From Balanoglossus misakiensis (lineage: Eukaryota; Animalia; Hemichordata), in the NCBI GenBank assembly GCA_040954595.2, contig CM082579.2:6561625-6625624 (forward strand): a stretch of DNA of 64,000 nt. Direction: 5' to 3'. The notes beneath the pieces were generated by a model. That model searched no databases. It saw only the letters and a list, made by a program, of their open reading frames with translations, and was not told the origin of the DNA. Below, one piece after another: positions 52,101 to 64,000 of the stretch; position 1 is the stretch's first letter, and each line of letters opens with the position of its first letter. The translations under genes and the position numbers were made by a program.

Positions 52101-55100
52101 CCCACTTATCAGGCTTGGGCAGGTTGATGTCCTTCAGGTAGAGCACCAGCCTCTCGCAGTCCTTGGGTCTGTACACCCTGCCGGTGTTTGTGCTGATCAC
52201 CATGCACGACTGCGCCAGCTTCTGCAGCACGTGGGACGGCGAGGTCTGCGCGCTGCAGTGGATTGTAGCAATGTGTGTGGATCTCAGCTGTTCGAAGCAG
52301 TGTCTCAGAATCATTCTGTGGGGAAAAAATATAAACATCAAAGTCTTTAGACCAGACATCACTTGTCGGGGGAGTTTGTTGAGTGAAAAAGACAGTACAT
52401 CAACAGTATGCAAATGAAAGAATGCCAGAGTATATTTTTCGTTAGTATTACTTTCATACTTGTCAATGAAGCAGTCCCTCAATGAAGAGAGAATTATAGG
52501 GACAACTCAGTCAATGAAATCAGAAAAAAATGACGCCCCTTACCCCTTTCCACAGCCATCAGGTCCAACCAGAATGAACGGCTGTTTGTGTTCCGCCTGC
52601 AGCCACGGTTTCAGGTAATCCAGACACCGTTGCACGTCTGTTGTTCTGATCACTGGCTGTGAGCCGTTGTTTACGAAGTCGTCGGTCGTGAGGTTATCCG
52701 CAATCTCCAACTGATATGACATCAGACGGCCGGAGCTCTCATCGAAGTAGGTGTCCAGCGGGTGTCTTTGGTCAGGGGGCATTTCGTGTGCCCAATGGAA
52801 GGCCTGCAAGAGTAGACACAGTCAGTGAGTATCATTGCTGCCAAAATGTTTCTGATGATGGTGGTGGTGGCAGTGATGAAGATGATGATGATGATGATGA
52901 TGATGATGTTGATGATGATGATGATGATGATTCAAATTCCAGGTTTCACCAATTGCAAGCCAAAATGCAGCATTTCCTTACCTCCTTGGCAAACGTCTCT
53001 CTACTGTTCACGTTCAGGTTTCCACCCAGACCCCTGATCAGCGCCACAATGAACTGCGCCTTGGTCGAACATCCGTGCAGGTGAGACAAGCCGTTCATCA
53101 CCATGCCAACCAGACTGGTCTCCACCAGCATGTCGTTCTGCTTCATCACCCACTCCAAGCCCCTGTTGAAGTAATCCTCGATCCAGCCGGACAGTCTGCT
53201 CTGGGATTCTTCCGGTTGCTTGCCCAGCCACGAGGTCACCAGGGCCTTGACATCAGTGTCTTCATCACTAGGGAAAGGGAAACAAATGGAATTTAGGATT
53301 TGGAGTAGTTCTGCTTCAAAGAACAGAAGATTACCACTAAAAAATGTGTCAGTAATTTGGATTACCTTTTATGTTTTCCCCGAGAGCATCAAAAACATTC
53401 TATATCAAAGGGAATGACCTACTGCAGGAATGATGAAAATAAACTCATTTTTAGTGTATTATTTTAGAGTTTGCATACCTGAGGAAGATCATACCCATTC
53501 TGGATATTGTGGCCGGGGAAGCACAGCTCAGATCATGGGTCTCGAAGACAAAGTTGACGTTGGGACCAAACTGTATACGCTCACCCGACGGCATGGTCAG
53601 TAATCTGTTGTCATCCAACACAGAGTTGAGGGATTCAATCCACTCTGGATCGATGTCACCATCGCATATAATCCAGGATTGGATTTCTGTATTGAAGGAA
53701 CGTACAAGATCAGTTTCAGGATATAAAGTAAGTATGTGGTGTTCTTAAACTAGAAAATCATGCTGCCAAACTCAATTGGTTCATAAAATGTGGTATTATG
53801 TGCAGGATATGTCAACTACTTGGCTACTATTTATGCCAAAGAGATCACACCAGGTCAAACCATCTTTCAGTGCAGGAAGTGATGTAACATTTACCTTGTG
53901 GCTCCCTGACCACCTGTCTGGCACTGTTGGTCAACACACCGTCCGACCACTCACGGGTGTCCATGTCGATCTGACCAAGCAACTGTGAAAATCAGACAAG
54001 ACAGATATTAAATAATACAATCTTATATAGACAGTTTAACAGCTATGGTAAAACCTGTCAAAGCTGGACACCAAAAATGCCTGAAAGTTAATATGCACAA
54101 TAAAATGTGGCCATCAAAAATATTACTGTTTCTCCACAAGATCCATTTGAAAAAGTTCACACAAAATGAAGGAATGAGTACCTGTGTTCTTGGCATCGCC
54201 TTGGGGTTCATAGTGTACTGCTTGACAACCTGTCCCACTTTCCCCATGGCTATCCGGAGAATTTGCCAGAGCGTGGATTTGCCGGATCCGCTGGGACCCA
54301 CAATGACCACTCCCATGCGCTGCCTCAGCTGTTCGTACAACTCTAGAGCTTTCTTGATCTGTGGAAATCGTGGAAATTTATGTCATTACGAAAGTAGACG
54401 GGCTAAATAACAGAAATGTCACAGCTGGTTGACATCTGAGAATATCACGTGATCATCAACAGTATCCTGCAAAAACTAGTAATACCGGTACTTGCACAAT
54501 AGAACTATAGAACGTGTAGTTGAGGTTACACGTACCTGAGGTTCTGCCACAACCAGGTGCTGTTCTTTGCACACTTCTCTGAGAGCAGCAGCCAGCGTTT
54601 CGTACTCGATGTCTTTGAGTTCAACCCCCGGGAAGACATCGCTCACCAGCGCGTCAAATCTCTTGCCGTCAGAGAACGTCAGTTTGGATACCGTGTTGAC
54701 ACGCAGTGCCTGGACCACTAACTTACTCTCATCAATCTTGTCTGGAATAAGATGATCATGAGCATATCATCAGATAATTTTAAACTTTTTTTTCAATATA
54801 GTGTCTGGAAAATTACAGAACAATTGTTGCTCATTCAAAATACACATTGTTGTCACCTCTTAAAAGTGAATGACATCTATTTTATCTAACTGACCGTTGA
54901 ACTCAATTCCAATATGGCTGCCTGGACATATACATTATATGTACATCTTCACACTCACCTGGAGAATTCCTCTTAGCCTGTTGCAGCAAGTTTCCAGATC
55001 CTCTCAGCACAGTCTTCAGCGCACGCAGACCCCAGTCGTAATGCTGCTGTGGTGTTAGCAACTCTCTGCATCAAAGAAATTCTCAAAAATTGTCAAAATC

Positions 55101-58100
55101 ATCAACGTCTTCAACATTTGCACCTATTACAAGATTTGTTTGATCTCAACACTTCACAACATGTTGTACAGTCAAACAAAGACATTTACCACATAAGGAC
55201 ATAGACAAAGAGAATTATGAGAGCACAATGTACATGCAACACCCTTTTAACCCACATGGTAGCAATTTCCAAACATCTCTCTAAAGCAAGACCAACACAT
55301 GCATTAATGAGTTTACACCAACACACAGGACAAACAGAAAGTCTTCATGTACAAGTTTAAGGCATTAAAATAAGCATAACAAAGTCTTTTAAATTAGTTA
55401 AATTCCAAACTTGTACATGAAGAATATCGAGGTCCTTTATTACCAACACCGTGTTGAACTCACTTTGAAAGGTTAAATATTGCCACCAATTTGCGACCCA
55501 AACTCTTGCCGTCTTTGAAGCCCTCCGAGAACAGGATCACCTCAGCGATCTGTTCGTTGTCGGGTCTGGACATGGCGACGGGTCGGAACAACTGCTTCAA
55601 GTTGTCGGGCAGCTTCTGACGACCTCCGTAACCTTTGCCGGCCGGGTTCATGGTGATGAAGATACCGGAGTTGGGATCCAAGTCAACCTGGTGAATTAAA
55701 ATCACAGCTTGTATTTTAATCACAAAATGACTGCATACTACATGTACATCACTTTGAGTTCAAAATTACTACTATTCTAGCTTGGTCTGTGTTGGGAAAA
55801 AACCACTGGAACATAGAATTGCACAGGACTTCATGCACACCTACCTGTCTCTCCAATAACTCAATGAACTCTTTTTTGTTCTTAATGGCATCTTGGATCA
55901 GCTGGATCTGCATAGAGACAGCTGACAGCACAGCCTCCTCCAATCGGTTGAACTCATCGAAACATCCCCAGGCGCCGCACTTGACCAAACCGATGAAGAT
56001 CCGACCCATGGATTTCACATCAATGCCCTGTAGCAGAAGACGTTATAATACAAGGAGTGTCAAGATGGAACAGTTGTGACCACATGTAAGGTACAGCACA
56101 TATGTTCTTATTATAAATAACATTTGTACCAACTAGAGTGCATGAAAAGATAGTAACTCAAGGAAAAGTTAAGTTTTATTCAATATCTTTAAATTTGACA
56201 TGTTTTCATTTAAAATGTGTAAACTACTGACAAATGATTGTTCATCCAAAAGCTGTCAGGAGAGTTAGGGTTGTATATTTTTACCAACATTTTTAAGGAA
56301 ACCTCAGCTCAATTATTTTTCCTCTGAATCAAACCCAAAGTTTCTTCCAAGCAGTTGTCATAAAAATGGGTACACAAATTGTTGGGATTAGCAGAAGTAA
56401 CCCACCTCATCACAGTTGAACACCAGAACTTGTCTTCCAAAGAGTCCACCCAGGGCTTTGACGGACTCTGTTTTACCGGTTCCAGCCGGTCCATACGGGT
56501 TACCGCCCAATCCCATGTGCATTCCTTGGGTCAGTGTCAGGTAACATTTGTCTGTCAGTGGAGTGTGTACCAACTTGGCTGCATTGCCTGTTGTATGGAA
56601 AGATTAAACCAAAATCAAATAAATTTGTGGCTCTCGTTACCAACATTAGCCTAATTTTTATCTACTGACCCAAAATGTTTTACAAGCTTAAAAAAATGTA
56701 GAAGTAAATAATTTAATTCACATGACAAAGAAAACGATCTGCGGATTTCACCTTGATATTCGTAGGTATATTCAAACTCGGAGTCCACCATTCGCATCAT
56801 GGCATTGCCATCCCCTCGCACATAGTATCGTAGTTGTTTCTGCCACTGCCAGTCGAGAATGTTGCGCACGTTATCCTCCATCAGCTGACCAACAACATCT
56901 ATAGCATGGATCACATCCAAGATCAGGGCCTGCAAAAATTGCCAGAGCAAACCATAATTAGTCACAGTGAAAATTTGGAGGGGAGGGGGGGGGGGGGGGT
57001 TTCATCATTAATCAGCCTTCATCATGCAAGTTTACTGTCAGAGGTCAATTATGCAAATTTTTGACAGGTGTAACCATAAAAAATTGCAGTCAGTAGATAC
57101 CATGCTATTGGAAAGAAACAGTTTTTGCTGTTCTGTACACTTCTCTTGGTGTAGACACACAGAGGTGAACATAGAGACCCTCCCCTACCTTGAGTTTGAG
57201 TTCCAATACATGGGTGTTCACATCAGCCGATGAGATATCGACACTTGTGTAGGATTCCAGCTGAGATTCCACCTCTATCATGAACTCTTGCAGAGAGTTC
57301 TCCTTGATGGCAGCCTCGCAGCGTTCCGTGAATTGTATCTGCTCAGCCAGACACAGGATCTGGAAGGAAAACACACCAGAATGTTGGACAGAGGAAGATC
57401 AGTTTTAGGTTCCAACAACTATTGACTGAGTACTGCCATCCTTACAAAACATCCTTACAAAATATGTATATTAGTCGCTTACCTGGGATGGGAACTGATT
57501 GGGATCAACTCCAGCACTGTTATTCCCCTTTCCGGCTCTCAGACATTCGATCAGCAGGGCTTTCAGGGTATCCTTCATTTCATCCGACAATCGACTCAAC
57601 CAGATCTGATGTTCAAAAAAAATGTTGGCAGATGTCACGGAGGAAAAGATTTCTCTTCTATAATGTCTTCTAGTAAAGAGTAGGACTGACAATAGAAAAT
57701 CAAATTTGCTGTAACAGTGGCTGAAAAAGGAAAAAAATTGCCATACGTAATAAACCTTATGGGAGTATGATAAACATGTCATTGTGACCTGAGCAAAGAT
57801 TTGCTTCCATTCGGATAATAAACCAAGTTTGTTTGAACAATTCTGACTGAACTAACCTCCACTTCTGGTGTAATGGTGACAGGTTTCTTGAGCGGCACCA
57901 CTTCGCCCTCCAGCGACTTCATGGCCATGATTCTCTTGCAGCCCTCATCGAACTCCACGCTGTGAATGCCTGCAAACAGTTTCTTCAGATGGGTCTGAAT
58001 GACTGCCGGGTTGGTGGCCTGGCCGAGGATCTCCAACAAGTCATCGTCGCCGATGAAGTAGAAACGGGGGAAAGCTGAACGCTTCTCCTGCAAGTAACAG

Positions 58101-61100
58101 AAGAAAAACAAATTATTAACAAGGGCAAGGTTTATATTATTACAGAAGTAAGACTATTTTCAGTCAGGGTACATACCGGTACATGTAGCTGAGGATGTCT
58201 CTCATGATTATCATTGATACAGCCTTGGTGAGAAAAAAAATTAACGAGATACAGCCACAGCAACTACATTTTGTATAGTTGTCTAGTGCATTTCACTGAC
58301 CTCGAGGAATTCATTCAGCGATTTCTGGCATCTTTGCAACTGGTCCAGCATGCCAACCAGCGAGTTTCTCAGCCCAGCCTGACCAACCAATGACAGCACT
58401 CGGTTGTCACGTGACACATCCATCATGATGGCTCTGTGGAGAAATCAACATGTTCGTCTATGAACTTGGGTGGGTGGGGAGGTAAATTGACATTTCGGAT
58501 GAAATTTTCGTAGAGAATGAGGATTTCTATTCAGTATTATACAATGATAGATTTCTCATGGCAAGTTTGAACTACCTGAACTCTGTGTCTACACCTCTGA
58601 AGCGGCCTTGCTCTTTGGGCAGTGCCCCTCGGCCGAATATGGGCTCCAGGTAGACCCACTTCCTCTGGATTTGGTTGAGATTGTGCAAGTACTCGTCCAG
58701 GTCTGCCAGACGCTGTTCCCATAGCGACGCTTTGTCTTCAAATCCTTTGTAGTATGGCGAGTCTTTCAGGGACTGCAACAAGCACTGGTTGTCACCAACC
58801 TGCAACACAAGAATGTATACTAATATGTTATATAGTCTTTTCCCATGTCTGATTCATTGACTGATTTGCTGGCTGGTTAATTGGATGGGGGATTGATTGA
58901 TTGATTGATTAACTAACAGACTGATAGAGTTATTCTAGTTGGTAAACTGACTACTGACTGGCTAAGTGACTGATTGGTATGATTGACATATCAGCATTAA
59001 CTAACTATCTGACTGACTCAATGATTGATAATCGAATGGTTTATAATCAATCAATCAATCAATGACTGATTGACATATTATTAATCAATCAATCAATTAA
59101 TCAAACTGATTGGCCGACTGTCAATATAACTGACCTGATTGACCAGATCCTTCCAGTCTTTGATGAGCGTCAGCGGTTGGTCTTGACTGTCTCTATACTC
59201 CGTCACTTGGAACACAGCGGCAGCTCCCCACAGCTCCAACTCCCGGATGGCTTCACGGATCGATACCTCACCTTGTGCCCTGGCAAACAATTCCTGAAAA
59301 ATAAAAATGCGCGTACATCAAGTCACCAGATTTTCTCCTACAGCTGATCTTTCACTATTGGGGCTCTCCACAAAGATCAGCAAATATCTTTTAATTAAAA
59401 AAATGGCAGGCCACTGAGTTACACAATTTTAATTCAGTACACAGTTGGAACAACACAACCGTTTGACTTGTTAAGAGGGACACCAAACGAAAATGCCAGC
59501 ATGAAGAGGTCACACAAGGGTCAAACAAGTGTCCTATTCTGGGCCAACACATAGGAGGATGTCCTACCTTGAGAGCATTGCCATTCTTGACGATGTGATC
59601 CGACGCGGCCAGGATGTCGCCGAACGTCAGCTTCTCCAGAGTGGTTCCCTTGGGCATCTTCAGCATCCGGAAGAGTTCCAGCCAGTGATCTTGGGAGAGT
59701 ACGTCACCTCGGACATACTTCAGCAGCGGCAGCACATCCTGTAATTACAGATAGTACATAATATGTGATTACTATGTACATTGTAGTAATGCTGTCATTG
59801 AATTTTAGTGTTCTGGTCTTACATTAACCCTTTCATCCCCAGTTACTTCTACAGAGGTCAACTTTCCCATAGAAAACAATTGATTTAGACCAAACCATAG
59901 TGGTGAAAGGGTCAATTAACCCCTGAGTTGGCATTTCATGCAGTAAAACACTATTCAAGATTTTTATTGATTCAAGTGTAGGGCGCATACCTTGTACTTC
60001 TCGATATCTTTGGTCAGTCTAACTGTCATGGTCGTGGGTTCTTCAAATGAACGAAGCTTCTCCATCCACTGAACCAGAAACTCTTCAAACATGTACGTGC
60101 GAGTCCTGGCCAAGAAAAAAAATCAGAAATATGTTACTTCATGCTCTCCCATACACCACATTAAAATGTCTGTATGACAAGACATAATTATCTTTTACAC
60201 ACAGAAAACATCACAGAGTATTTCTGCAGAAGTATCTATGATGAACTGTTAAGTGTTATCAAATATTGCATTTGCACAGAAAAGACTGAGTCACACTACT
60301 GAGATAGCAAGGATGGTGACTACCTACCTGAATGAAATCCAGTCTTCCTTGGCCAGCTCCTGCAAGCCATTGTTGAACTCTTCATAGAGACACCACATGG
60401 ACTCATACCTGGCGATGTCGGCACGCAGCTCATCAGAGACTGGGAACTGAGGCTCGTCCAATCCAAAGTGGCTGCAGTCATTTCTATTGAAATCAGATAT
60501 ACGGCAGAAGTGTCAATGATGCAAGCTGAACACTCATGGGCCTGGGCCATAAGCAACTCATTCATGAAGACAAGGAGATTTTTTGCATTATCAGAAACAA
60601 AATAGATTCAGCAGGGTTGAAATATACAGATATGTGTGGCCATGTCGTGTGCATGTACGCTGTATATATATATAATTATGTGAGTGTGTTTTTGTATGTG
60701 TGCTTGTGTTTGCTTTGTGTGTATGTCTATGGGATTCCCTACAGTGACAGGAAATACCATGACAGGCAACATTTCCTTGTCACATCCTTAACAAAATACA
60801 CACAACACTTACGTCAGGCTTGCCCTGGTCTTTTCCAATTCATCAAACTCGGCCCTCTTCTCTTTGATGGACGCCACAGCTTTCATGCAACCATCTTTGT
60901 CTCCGCTGTCCAGAAGGTCGTCGCTGGGCTTCAGCTGATGCCAGCGAGCTGAAAACTTGTCAAGGTCTTGTTCAAAGGCGTGGACTCTGGATGTTACATT
61001 GCTCTTCATGACTTCCACCTATTTTTATGAACAGCATAATGATCACATCAATATTGTGGCAATCCAACAAATATATTTCACAGAATGTAAATTTCAGCTT

Positions 61101-64000
61101 GACTTTAAAGCCCCATGAGCTGCCACATTATTTTCATGATTTTACTGTCAAACTTAGATTGGTCCATCTACATGAGCTTACTGATAGGTACACAATTACT
61201 TAATTCAGTTTTACTGATGGAATTACCTGCTCTTTGACCATGAGTTCATGGCTCTCCATCATGAGTTCGAACTTGTCCCATCTAGCCTGCAACTGACTGA
61301 TAGTGTCCATGCCCCCACCAGCTACAGACCGTAACAGCTTGTTATTCGCCTCAGCTTTTGCAAACAGGGGCATTATCTGCAGGATCAAAAACGGGAGTTG
61401 ATATTTTAGGATTTCTTTCTCACTGATAGCACAAAGGAAATGATGGCATTGTATGAAAATTAGGCTCCTGTCCAAGTGACAGCGTACATGTACCTGTATA
61501 TGCTAGGTTTAAACCATGTTCACACCATAACCATACATACATTTGGTTTTACATATTAATGTATAATTCTGTATGTGTGAAAACAGAAAAAAATACTACT
61601 GCACTGTTGGCTACATTACCTCTGGTTTCTTGCTGGATAGCTCTGCGTGCTTGGCGTTGGCCACACCGATCTCCTCCACGGTCTGGGGTCTGGTGGACAG
61701 CGACTCCATGGCGTCGTTGAGGAACTTCTCGATATCCGTGGTGTGTTTGGTGATGGACCGTCTCAGGGAGTTCAACAGCGCGTCAAACAGCATCTGGATG
61801 TGGTCGTCTATGACTGCTTTGACAGGGGTGGTGGACACGGTGATACAGTCCACTTTGATCACGCTGAAATTTAATACACATGGTGATACGAAAGGTCTTT
61901 TGAAAGCCAAAACGACTGCCAATGGCTGTGTACAGAACAGTAATAATGAAAGAGTTAAAGGTATACGGTCACCTATGCAAATTTAGCCACAGTTACCATA
62001 GTAAATTGAGATCTAGCCAATCACTGATTTTCAGTGGGTGGCACACGCGAAAAAAAGAGCGCCACCATATGTTCTTTAGAACACTAAAATACGCCATTTC
62101 AGCCAAATATGGGCCTTGTAAATTGGAGGTGACTGTATACCTTTAAGGATATTTGCATGAGTTCTCTGGCTCTAGAAACATGGCCAATAAAAACATCCAC
62201 ACTGCCTTTAGACTTACCTTGGTAGTTTCTCGGCATCTCTGCCCCTGGCTTTGAGTCCTTTGAAATTTCTCTCCCAGTCAGGCACTGTCTGCAGGTGTTC
62301 GTCTATCACTTGATCCAGATCCAGTGAACCCAATGCAACCCAATCCTGTTTGTTTTTTATGAAATACAGTGCATCAAAGGGAAAGTTAGTTGTCAATTTA
62401 AAAGCTGTACATAGCCAGGACTATTGTTTTTTTAAACTGAAAAATTCAACCTAAATTCAGCAGAGCTGTCAACAGTAACAATGCAAATTTTGTGCAAAAT
62501 GCTTGTCATGAATATTCATATTCACAAGCGTATCTATGTGAAATAAAGTAATCACTGTGACCCAAGTGCAACGGTGTTTAGCTCGACCAAGCGGGGAAAA
62601 GGAGGTCCAAAATAGACATGGCTTGGCAAGCAAAGATATAAAGTAATTATCACCGCAACACAACACCTAATAATAGTCACTAAGTTTGGACTAGGGCCAA
62701 TCACCTTGAATTTTTCCTTTGATGCCACCAAACGAGTGAACAGATCTTCAGCCTTGCGATACACCGTAGTAAATCCGGCGGCGTTTCTCTCGATCATGAC
62801 GGGGAAGATGAGATTATCTCCTCCGTCTCCCACGCCTCTGAAGTGATTGGGTATGCAAATGAACTTCTTCATCTCGCGGAAATACTTGGCTCGGATTTCT
62901 TCCAGGGGTGGACGGAACTGCAGCTGTTGTTGCCTGTGGAATTAATTTTCAAATAACAAATGGTAAACCACGGGGAAAATCTAAAAAAAAATTTCTTGAA
63001 CATTTGTTCTAGGAATACACAGATTATCTTGCTCATCTATCCCTTCCAACATATGCTTTTATGGTTGGTATAATCATGATGGAAGACTCCTACCTGTAAG
63101 TCAGTTCAACCCTAATTTCGGGCAGGTTTTCATTCAGTGCTTCCAGACCCATCTGGTACTGGTGTTCCAGAGCCTTGTACAGTTGCCGGTCCCAGTGGGC
63201 CTTCCAGGGTTTCATGTTTTCAGCTCGGAATCCCTGTACGTACACAGGAGAAAAAAAGGAATGGAATCGTGTCAAATGCTGTTGAGATGTGATGAGACAG
63301 AAAATTTGCCCAAAAAAGCACAATATGTGAAATTGTTGAATAAATGTGTAAATTCAACATACTTGCTGAACCAGATTAGCCATCAGGTGTCGGATGTCCA
63401 TCAGCCCTTCCTTCCATCTCGTCTGCTGTCTCAGTAAATCAACACCCATCAGCGTCACTACCTGTCAAATTTAACACAACCAGGAAGAAACGTTGTCAGT
63501 GAAACCAGAGATAATAGGGTGGAAGGGTATTAGACTACAGAAGAAACATGTGCACAAAAATAACACATACTCCTTACCTTTTCGCAAACCACATTGTGAC
63601 ACTTTCTCAGTCGCCTATTCTCCGACGTCAGCCTATCAGCGGCTGCCTGCAGTTTGGCTATGTAGGCTTCCAGCTCTTCCGGATTATCCCAGGTGATCTG
63701 GACTTTTCCGTTGCTCTCCTTGGCCCCGGGTTTGGGGTTCTTGATGATTTTCTCAAAGGCCAGCGCTGAGTCCAACATCATCGCCTGTTGACTGGGTATC
63801 ATCTGTTGGTCTATGGTGTTGTAGAAATGGGCAACCTAATATGAAATACAAGAGTCACATAAGAGTATAATTATTGAAAGCAACTTTTTTGCTGTTTGAC
63901 TGAGGCTGAAAAAACAGCCATGACAAAAGCAACTGTGGACTTCAAAGCAAAACACTGAAAACCCATCTTACCTGTTTGAGGATGACCCCGTGTCTGTAGA
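37103..64000 (-). CDS. DYNC2H1: Cytoplasmic dynein 2 heavy chain 1 (retrograde IFT motor), about 65 exons in window, 5'-truncated by window edge
   Basis: AAA P-loops GPAGTGKT (about 56470-56495), GPSGSGKS (about 54275-54300), GPDGCGK (about 52545-52565) and the dynein-2-type GRSGVGRR (about 49850-49875); CFDEFNRL; C-terminus [22 protein letters not shown] (stop 37105-37103) matching recalled human ...CGAALFLKNQ; the splice sites I read were GT-AG. Confidence 0.98.
38313..38397. mobile_element. Degenerate copy 4 of the same MITE family
   Basis: TCTTCCACCACCAT...GGGGGTGAAAGGG with the same length and ends; interior diverged. Confidence 0.5.
44142..44162 (-). CDS. DYNC2H1: Candidate 21-nt alternative microexon of DYNC2H1 (NVQYKWW)
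   Basis: Minus strand reads ttaac...aattTGCgatttaAG|AATGTTCAATACAAATGGTGG|GTAAGT. Phase 0, no stop, lies between phase-0 exons ...MVILQ (ends 46146) and [10 protein letters not shown] (starts 43807). Confidence 0.7.
44565..44681. mobile_element. Short TIR element (Kolobok-like ends) between the two candidate DYNC2H1 microexons
   Basis: TTAAGGGAAGAAGCTGC ... GCAACTTTTTCCCTTTAA imperfect inverted repeat. Confidence 0.4.
45120..45140 (-). CDS. DYNC2H1: Second candidate 21-nt alternative microexon of DYNC2H1 (SNDLPVA)
   Basis: Minus strand reads tgacgatgactattacCAG|AGTAACGATCTGCCAGTTGCG|GTAAGA. Phase 0, no stop; weak polypyrimidine tract. Confidence 0.5.
45452..45465. promoter_or_regulatory. 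X-box inside the long DYNC2H1 intron
   Basis: GTTGCCATGGCAAT, 13/14 match to the palindromic X-box. Confidence 0.4.
48968..49150. repeat. Compound (ATTC)n/(ATAC)n microsatellite filling most of a DYNC2H1 intron
   Basis: Directly visible; produces the spurious FIHS/YIHT ORFs. Confidence 0.98.
50554..50646. mobile_element. Same MITE family, copy 2, inverted relative to copy 1, DYNC2H1 intron
   Basis: ATAA-CCCTTCCACCCCCAGTTCCCTCT...CCATAGAAAACAAT...CCATGGTGGTGAAAGGG-TTAT; reverse complement aligns with copy 1. Confidence 0.75.
52875..52931. repeat. (GAT)n microsatellite in a DYNC2H1 intron
   Basis: Directly visible; produces poly-D/poly-M pseudo-ORFs. Confidence 0.95.
58853..59110. repeat. 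Degenerate (GATT/GACT)n followed by (ATCA)n tetranucleotide repeat
   Basis: GATTGATTGATT at about 58891-58910 and complementary AATCAATCAATC at about 59045-59096. Confidence 0.75.
59824..59915. mobile_element. Same MITE family, copy 3, DYNC2H1 intron
   Basis: TTAA-CCCTTTCATCCCCAGTT...CCATAGAAAACAAT...TGGTGAAAGGG-TCAA. Confidence 0.75.

Noticed and set aside
52716-53084. Poly-Asp and poly-Met ORFs
   Set aside because: (GAT)n microsatellite in an intron.

Overview
Intron-rich animal (probably marine invertebrate) genomic DNA, not prokaryotic; most of the supplied short ORFs are intron read-throughs or antisense shadows. Four spliced genes can be reconstructed by hand. (1) A 5-exon + strand gene (3329-5757, 281 aa) with an N-terminal hydrophobic segment and an acetoacetate-decarboxylase-like (ADC-like) motif pattern. 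(2) An 8-exon TEX26-like gene (+, 21853-30290, 392 aa) with an intact tRNA-Ser(UGA) in intron 4. (3) A 6-exon GH3-domain gene GHDC (-, 35942-32630, 642 aa). (4) About 65 exons of cytoplasmic dynein-2 heavy chain DYNC2H1 (-, from beyond 64000 to 37103; 5' part outside the window). The most notable observation is in the single oversized DYNC2H1 intron (43808-46145, 2338 bp versus about 100-400 bp elsewhere). It holds two in-frame 21-nt candidate microexons (NVQYKWW and SNDLPVA) at the junction where, from my recall, vertebrate DYNC2H1 has a 21-nt retina-enriched microexon (IIGLKSW). The window also has several RFX X-box motifs, small non-autonomous DNA-transposon copies (including four copies of an about 85-bp piggyBac-like MITE), microsatellites, and weak hints of alternative 5' exons of an unidentified minus-strand gene that exits the left edge.
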